Notes under the pieces: generated by a model
Database searches by the model: none
What the model saw: only the letters and a program-made list of their open reading frames with translations
What the model was told of the DNA's origin: nothing
Translations under genes and position numbers: made by a program
DNA from: Eubacteriales bacterium
GTDB lineage: Bacteria > Bacillota > Clostridia > Oscillospirales > CAG-382
DNA: 64,000 nt
Assembly (NCBI GenBank): GCA_045595165.1
Contig: JAZNZY010000001.1
Span: forward strand, 467 to 64,466
Reading direction: 5' to 3'
Part shown: in pieces, positions 58,394 through 64,000 of the stretch
Numbering within the stretch: the first letter of the stretch is position 1
Layout of the letters: each line of letters opens with the position of its first letter

Positions 58394-58423
58394 ATTATAA
58401 CCACAAAAGTTAGAGTTTGTCAA
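58394..58423 (-). promoter_or_regulatory. sigmaA promoter for rpmH
   Basis: TTGACA-18 bp-TATAAT. Confidence 0.7.
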
Positions 58424-58437
58424 GAGTTTTTTAGAAA

Positions 58438-58583
58438 AATGATGAATGAGAAATGATGAATGAGGAATTTCGGTACGTTTTTTGCATTACGCAAAAAACT
58501 TTTTTTGATTATTTAATTATTTAAAATTCGCGTGATGCGAATTTTTACCATAATTTCTCATTTCTCATTCCGAATTCCTCATT
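58438..58583. repeat. H element in the rpmH-dnaA spacer
   Basis: Heptamer arm, TTTTTTGC..GCAAAAAA, AAAATTCGC-GTGAT-GCGAATTTT, inverted arm. Confidence 0.8.
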
Positions 58584-58591
58584 AAAAAAAC

Positions 58592-58620
58592 TTGCTTTTT
58601 TTACACATAGATGTTATAAT
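58592..58620 (+). promoter_or_regulatory. dnaA promoter with a DnaA box in the spacer
   Basis: TTGCTT-17 bp-TATAAT (extended TG); TTTTACACA at 58599-58607. Confidence 0.75.
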
Positions 58621-58661
58621 ATAATATATATAACTATAACTATATATTATAGAGGTGAAAA

Positions 58662-59999
58662 ATGGATTACAACAACCCGGAAAACAGAGAACGGATATAT
58701 GCCGCCGTTCTTGAGGAAATGAAAACCAAATGTTCCGACGCCTCCTTCAACTGGCTTTTTAAAAACACTATTTTAACATATATGTCCCCTACCCAGGCAG
58801 ATCTTCTTACGCCCGACGTGGTGGCGGCAAACACTATTAATAACAGATATCTTACAGCTCTGGAAGAGGCGTTTGCAAAATACACCTTTTCCAACGTGCG
58901 CGTTACGGTAAGCAGTAAGACCGCCGCTCCGAGAGAGCAAAAAAAGGAAGAAACAGAGGACGATAACAAATACACCGCGTACAAGCTTCGTTATAACCCT
59001 AATTTCACCTTTGATAATTTCGTTATCGGATCTTCAAATCAGGTGGCGGCGAAGGCATCCTTTGCCATAGCGGAGCATCCCGCCGAGCTGTATAACCCTC
59101 TCTTTATATACGGCCCTCCGGGACTGGGAAAGACACATTTGCTCTTTGCCATAGTAAACCACCTGCGGGACAGAAATCCACATGCTGACATACTGTATAA
59201 GACGGGTGAGGAATTCACACAGGAAATGGTGGATTCGCTGGTGCAGAAATCCAACGTGGCGTTCCGTGAAAAGTACCGTAATCTGGACGTTTTGCTGATC
59301 GACGATATTCAGTTTATCGAAGGTAAGGACAAAACGCAGGAGGAATTTTTCCACACTATAGACACACTTTTTCAACAGCAAAAGCAGGTGATAATCACAT
59401 CCGACCGTCCGCCCAAGGAAATTAACCTTGAGGACAGGCTTAAAAGCCGTTGCGAAATGGGCTTGATTGCGGACATAAAACCGCCGGATGCAGAGCTGAG
59501 AACCGCTATTTTCAAGAAAAAGAGCGTGGATATGGGTGTAGATATACCCGATAACGTTTTGGGCTTTTTGGCGGAAAATATTAAAACGAATATCCGTCAG
59601 ATAGAAGGCGCGATAAAAAAATTAAAGGCTCATTCCTTTATCGAGGACAGAGAGATCACTTTGGATATGGCTGTTTCGGTATTGAGCGAATATTTGAAAA
59701 CCGCCGAAACGCAGGATAACAAAGTGCAAAATATATTCGATTATATCTGCAAAAAATACTCTGTCAAAAAAGAAGTGCTTACCTCGGGTAAGCGAAACGC
59801 GGATATAGTTTACGCCAGAAACCTTTGTATTTTCGCTCTGCGCTCCTTAACGGATATGTCCCTTAAAAAGATAGGCGCAATGTTCGGCAAGGACCACACC
59901 ACAATTATAAATTCCATTTCCAACGTGGAAAACAAAATGAAAAACGAGCCTGCATACGAGCGCGAGGTAAATCTGATGTTAAAGGAATTGGGAGAATAG
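58662..59999 (+). CDS. dnaA: Chromosomal replication initiator DnaA
   Basis: FTFDNFVIGSSN, YNPLFIYGPPGLGKTHL, IDDIQF, DHTT. Confidence 0.98.
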   Translation: MDYNNPENRERIYAAVLEEMKTKCSDASFNWLFKNTILTYMSPTQADLLTPDVVAANTINNRYLTALEEAFAKYTFSNVRVTVSSKTAAPREQKKEETEDDNKYTAYKLRYNPNFTFDNFVIGSSNQVAAKASFAIAEHPAELYNPLFIYGPPGLGKTHLLFAIVNHLRDRNPHADILYKTGEEFTQEMVDSLVQKSNVAFREKYRNLDVLLIDDIQFIEGKDKTQEEFFHTIDTLFQQQKQVIITSDRPPKEINLEDRLKSRCEMGLIADIKPPDAELRTAIFKKKSVDMGVDIPDNVLGFLAENIKTNIRQIEGAIKKLKAHSFIEDREITLDMAVSVLSEYLKTAETQDNKVQNIFDYICKKYSVKKEVLTSGKRNADIVYARNLCIFALRSLTDMSLKKIGAMFGKDHTTIINSISNVENKMKNEPAYEREVNLMLKELGE

Positions 60000-60003
60000 T
60001 GTA

Positions 60004-60040
60004 TCACCCCACAAAACTTCGTTTTGCGGGGACCCCGAAA
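60004..60040 (+). repeat. C module directly after the dnaA stop
   Basis: ATCACCCCACAAAAC-TTC-GTTTTGCGGGGACCCCG. Confidence 0.85.
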
Positions 60041-60059
60041 AATATCTGTTGACTTTAAT

Positions 60060-60250
60060 TAACAAATATTTTCGGTTTTACACACCTTTTTCAAAAAAAC
60101 CGACATAATTTTACACAGGTTTTCAACATTCTTTCAACAGGAAATTTCACTTTTAAAAAATATAAAAAACGTTTTAAAAATAAATATTTTTTATACTTTT
60201 CCACAAACCTGACACGGTCAATAATCAATAATACCTACAACAAAACCTTT
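60060..60250. other. oriC (dnaA-dnaN intergenic part)
   Basis: Boxes TTTTACACA (60076, 60109), TTTTCAACA (60120), TTTTCCACA (60197); AT-rich 60140-60200; NAN-periodic tract AAT AAT CAA TAA TAC CTA CAA CAA resembling DnaA-trios. Confidence 0.8.
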
Positions 60251-60303
60251 TAACACTTGATTCTTGCTACACTCTGTACACAGACAAGGAGATTTTTGAA
60301 AAA

Positions 60304-61428
60304 ATGGCTATTAAGTTTATAACCGACAGAAAGACACTTCTTTCTTTAATACAGCCGGCTATGACGGCTACTTCAAATAAAAGCACACTCCCCGCTTTGG
60401 AAGGATTACTTTTAAGCCTTGAAAAAGACGGTGTGCTTACCGTTTGCGGATATGACCTTGAAAAAGGCGTAAAGACCTCCTCCCCCGTTTATCCCAAGGA
60501 GGTAGGAAGCGTAATACTCAACGCCCAAAAGATATACGCAATTATTAAAAATATGCCCGAATGTGAAATAGAGATAAATGCGGACGAGAAAAACGCCGTT
60601 ACCATTAAAGGCGGCGCTTCCGAATTTACTATTCACGGTCTGGCGGCAGAGGCGTTCCCGAACCTGCCAGAGCTTATCGGCGACAGATCCTTTACCATCA
60701 CTCAAGGGCTGTTAAAGGAAATGATAAATTCCACCATCTTCGCCGTGGCGCAGATAGACGCCCGCCCCATACTTACGGGAGAGCTTTTCCAGATAGAGGA
60801 AAACAAGCTTACCATAGTTGCTCTTGACGGCGCCCGTCTTGCTCTGCGTGAAGAAAAGAACGCTGTTTTTGATAATAAAGAAACCTTCCGTTTTGTTGTG
60901 CCCGGAAAATCCCTTTCCGACCTGTGCAAGCTGATAACGGATAACGATGAAATGATGAAGGTTGAATTCACACGCAAGCATATCGTGTTCCGTATAGGCG
61001 ATATTATCTTTTTCTCCCGTCTGCTTGAGGGCGAATATCTTGATTACACCCGCGCGCTGCCTCAGCAAAGCAAGATTTTCGTTGAGGTAGAAAGAAGCGA
61101 GTTTATAGAAAGCGTGGAAAGAGCGTCCCTGCTGGTTGACGAAAGACTTAAAACTCCCCTCCGCTTCCGTTTTGAGGATACCTTGCTTCACGTTTACTGT
61201 TCTACCCAGTATGGCAAGGTAAACGATCAGGTAAGAATTAAAAAAGAGGGCGACGATCTGGAGATAAGCTTTAATAACCGTTATCTTTTAGATGCGCTCC
61301 GCGCCTGCAAGGACGAAACCATACTTGCATCTCTTACGGGACCGCTGACATCTATGATGCTCACTCCCGTAGGACACAGAGATTCTTCGTATATATATCT
61401 GGTACTCCCCTGCAGAGTTAAAAGCTGA
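60304..61428 (+). CDS. dnaN: DNA polymerase III beta clamp
   Basis: STLPALEG, ELFQI...VALDGARL, RLLEGEY, FNNRYLLDAL. Confidence 0.96.
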   Translation: MAIKFITDRKTLLSLIQPAMTATSNKSTLPALEGLLLSLEKDGVLTVCGYDLEKGVKTSSPVYPKEVGSVILNAQKIYAIIKNMPECEIEINADEKNAVTIKGGASEFTIHGLAAEAFPNLPELIGDRSFTITQGLLKEMINSTIFAVAQIDARPILTGELFQIEENKLTIVALDGARLALREEKNAVFDNKETFRFVVPGKSLSDLCKLITDNDEMMKVEFTRKHIVFRIGDIIFFSRLLEGEYLDYTRALPQQSKIFVEVERSEFIESVERASLLVDERLKTPLRFRFEDTLLHVYCSTQYGKVNDQVRIKKEGDDLEISFNNRYLLDALRACKDETILASLTGPLTSMMLTPVGHRDSSYIYLVLPCRVKS

Positions 61429-62510
61429 TGCAGATAAACGACCTTTATTTAAAGGATTGGCGTAACGGAGAGGAGAATAAGATATCCTTTTCGCCGGATA
61501 CCACCCTTATCTGCGGCGAGAATGCCGCAGGAAAGACGAATTTGCTGGAGGGTATATGTTTCTTTGCCGCGGGAAAAAGCTTCCGCGGATGCAAGGATAA
61601 GGAGCTTATACGCTTCGGGTGCGATTCCGCCTCCGCAGATATTACCTATACGTCAAGAGGCGTAACCAACAAAATGGGTGTGCGTCTTAAAAAGAACGCC
61701 AAAAAGACATTCCTTAAAAATAACGTGCCCATATCCAAAATGAGCGAATTTTTGGGCGCGTTCAGATGCGTTATATTCACCCCCGATCATCTTGATCTGG
61801 TAAAGGGCGCTCCCGAGGGAAGAAGACGGTTTATAGATATGGCGATATGCCAATCCTTCCCCCGTCACGTAGCCGCATTAAACGAATATAACCGTCTGCT
61901 TATACAAAAAAACGCTCATTTAAAAGGAAACGCTGTGTTCGACGAGCTGCTTGACGTTTACGACGAGCGTATGGCGGCTCTTGCCGCGAATATTACCGTA
62001 AACAGAAAAAAATATATAAAAGCTTTGGAAGAAAGCGGAAAAAGGTTTCTTTACGATATGTCGGTGGAGAGGGAGGAAATGTCCCTTACCTATATCACCC
62101 AAAGCGAGGGTGAAACGGCAAACGAGATAAAAGAAAGCTATACTGCGCTTTTTAAGGAAAAGCGGAGTACGGAAATTGAAAAGAGAATGACTCTGTGCGG
62201 CACTCAAAAGGACGATTTTTTAATACACATAAACCGCAAAAGCGCAAAAAGCTACGGAAGCCAGGGACAGCAGCGAAGCGTGGTCCTTGCCCTTAAGCTG
62301 GCGGAGGGTGAAATTTCAAGATCCCTTACGGGTGAATACCCCGTATTTTTGCTGGACGACGTGCTGAGCGAATTGGATGACAGCCGCAGAGAGTATATTT
62401 TAAAGCGTATCGAGGGCAGACAGGTGATTATCACCGGCTGTGATGAAAGTCTGATCGACATTCTCCCCCGCGCGCAGGTAATAAAGGTGGAAATGGGCAA
62501 ATGTTTGTAA
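61428..62510 (+). CDS. recF: DNA replication and repair protein RecF
   Basis: GENAAGKTNLLE, RRRFIDM, GSQGQQRS, LLDDVLSELD. Confidence 0.96.
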   Translation: MQINDLYLKDWRNGEENKISFSPDTTLICGENAAGKTNLLEGICFFAAGKSFRGCKDKELIRFGCDSASADITYTSRGVTNKMGVRLKKNAKKTFLKNNVPISKMSEFLGAFRCVIFTPDHLDLVKGAPEGRRRFIDMAICQSFPRHVAALNEYNRLLIQKNAHLKGNAVFDELLDVYDERMAALAANITVNRKKYIKALEESGKRFLYDMSVEREEMSLTYITQSEGETANEIKESYTALFKEKRSTEIEKRMTLCGTQKDDFLIHINRKSAKSYGSQGQQRSVVLALKLAEGEISRSLTGEYPVFLLDDVLSELDDSRREYILKRIEGRQVIITGCDESLIDILPRAQVIKVEMGKCL

Positions 62511-62749
62511 ACCCCGGAAATGATATAAGTATAAAAAAGAAAGAAATTATCGGTATTTTTAATATGGATACCGCAACCGTTTCCCCCGTTACCAAGGATT
62601 TTTTGAAAAATGCCGAAAAGGAGCTTAAGGTGGTCTACGCAGGTAAGCGTATGCCCGAGAGCTTCGTGGTGTCGGACGATGGAATATCGGAAAGCGTGTA
62701 TATAAGTTCATTTACGGCGGATACGCTGGTGAACAGAACGGAGAAGTAA
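62501..62749 (+). CDS. DUF370/RemB-like protein
   Basis: IIGIFNMDT, YISSFTADTL; usual position between recF and gyrB. Confidence 0.8.
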   Translation: MFVNPGNDISIKKKEIIGIFNMDTATVSPVTKDFLKNAEKELKVVYAGKRMPESFVVSDDGISESVYISSFTADTLVNRTEK

Positions 62750-62850
62750 TGAGAAATGATAAATGATAAATGATGAATGATGGTTGATTTTTGCGTAAAA
62801 CGCAAAAATCTTCCGTAATTTCTCATTCCTCATTCCTCATTCCTCATTCC
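62749..62850. repeat. H element
   Basis: AATGATA arm, GATTTTTGCG-TAAAA-CGCAAAAATC, (TTCCTCA)n arm ending at the gyrB SD. Confidence 0.9.
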
Positions 62851-62867
62851 AAAAAGGAGTCAAAATT

Positions 62868-64000
62868 ATGAGTGACATCAAAAATTACGACGATAGTCAA
62901 ATCCAAGTCCTGGAAGGCTTGGAGGCGGTGAGAAAGCGTCCGGGTATGTATATCGGTACTACCTCGGCGAGGGGACTTCACCACCTTATATATGAAATTG
63001 TGGATAACTCGATTGACGAGATCCTTGCAGGCTACTGTAAGGACGTTATCGTCGTGCTTGAAAAAGACGGAAGCTGTACCGTAAAGGATAACGGACGCGG
63101 CGTGCCCAGCGGTATTCACCCCACACAGGGCAAGCCTACCTTGGAGGTAATATTCTCCGTGCTCCACGCCGGCGGTAAATTCGGCGGCGGCGGTTACCAG
63201 ATAGCGGGCGGTCTTCACGGCGTCGGCGCATCTGTTGTTAACGCTCTTTCCAAGCGTCTGGAGGCTTACAACCACCGTGACGGAAAGCAGTATTACGTGG
63301 CTTTTGAAAGAGGCGCAATGGTTGAGCCCATGCGTGAAACCGGCAAAACTACCGAGCACGGTCTTACCGTGCGTTTCTGGCCCGATGAAGAGATTTTCGA
63401 AACCGTAGAATTTGATACCGAAACCGTGCGCACCCGTCTGCGCGAGCAGGCGTGTCTTAACGCAGGGGCATCCATTCTCCTCCGTGACGAGAGAGTCGAG
63501 CCCGCAACGGAAGAGCATTTTTGCTTTGAAGGCGGTATAAGAGAGTTCGTATCCTATATAAACGAGCAAAAAGGCGCGGAAAATCTGCACAGCGACGTTA
63601 TTTATATAAACGGTGAAAAGGGCACTTCCGTTGCGGAGGTTGCTTTACAGTACAACGATACTTATAACGACAGCATAATTTCCTTTGCCAACAATATGCA
63701 CACCATAGAGGGCGGTACCCACGAAACGGGATTCCGCAGTGCAATTACCAAGGTTTTAAACGATTACGGCAAAAAATACAATATTTTAAAAGAGGGCGAC
63801 AAGCTGAGCGGTGACGACGTGCGTGAAGGTCTTACCGCCGTTGTAAGCGTAAAGCTGGTTGACGCCCAGTTTGAATCCCAGACAAAGGCAAAACTGGGTA
63901 ACTCCGAGATACGCACCCTTGTAGAAAGTATGGTAAACGAAAAGCTTGCCATATATCTTGAGGAAAACGCTTCCACCGCAAAGATAATTTTGGAAAAGGC
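62868..64000 (+). CDS. gyrB: DNA gyrase subunit B (runs off right edge)
   Basis: LEGLEAVRKRPGMYIG, EIVDNSID, DNGRG, GGLHGVGASVVNALS, EGGTHE; oriC context. Confidence 0.96.
   Translation, partial: MSDIKNYDDSQIQVLEGLEAVRKRPGMYIGTTSARGLHHLIYEIVDNSIDEILAGYCKDVIVVLEKDGSCTVKDNGRGVPSGIHPTQGKPTLEVIFSVLHAGGKFGGGGYQIAGGLHGVGASVVNALSKRLEAYNHRDGKQYYVAFERGAMVEPMRETGKTTEHGLTVRFWPDEEIFETVEFDTETVRTRLREQACLNAGASILLRDERVEPATEEHFCFEGGIREFVSYINEQKGAENLHSDVIYINGEKGTSVAEVALQYNDTYNDSIISFANNMHTIEGGTHETGFRSAITKVLNDYGKKYNILKEGDKLSGDDVREGLTAVVSVKLVDAQFESQTKAKLGNSEIRTLVESMVNEKLAIYLEENASTAKIILEK

Noticed and set aside
61420-61435. Absence of yaaA (S4 protein) between dnaN and recF
   Set aside because: Gene loss or relocation at this position is not unusual; no remnant seen
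1-64000. rRNA, tRNA, transposase, integrase or prophage genes
   Set aside because: No recognisable sequence or protein motif found by eye; tRNAscan-SE and ISEScan would confirm

Overview
The window is a chromosomal segment of a Clostridia-class Firmicute (taxonomy inferred from gene content and order; ytfI-ytfJ suggest a spore former). It ends in the replication origin region: jag-yidC-yidD-rnpA-rpmH <- oriC -> dnaA-dnaN-recF-remB-gyrB. The left third has pcrA, ychF, cysK and proS interspersed with many secreted or lipoprotein genes (orphan solute-binding protein, GHL10-type and DUF4434-type putative glycosidases, transglutaminase-like lipoprotein, repeat-rich surface protein, 5'-nucleotidase, dockerin-bearing SGNH hydrolase) and a Fic gene. 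A probable cobalamin riboswitch precedes a DUF4430/ECF-S/U32 unit. From 30 to 55 kb is a housekeeping block that reads toward oriC, which suggests an inversion/translocation or a mis-join. I saw no rRNA, tRNA, CRISPR array, transposase or prophage gene. The most unusual content is intergenic. Many spacers carry palindromic modules that I labelled: L (about 235-275 bp multi-hairpin element whose two ends co-vary in each copy), H (hairpins flanked by inverted heptamer tandem arms, 17 copies), C (about 40 bp module nested in other modules and probably in the radC reading frame), GTAG-type REPs, and G arrays (five TNC/GNA-triloop hairpins joined by a constant GTGATAT linker). All keep base pairing while the sequence changes. 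All coordinates and counts were made by eye.
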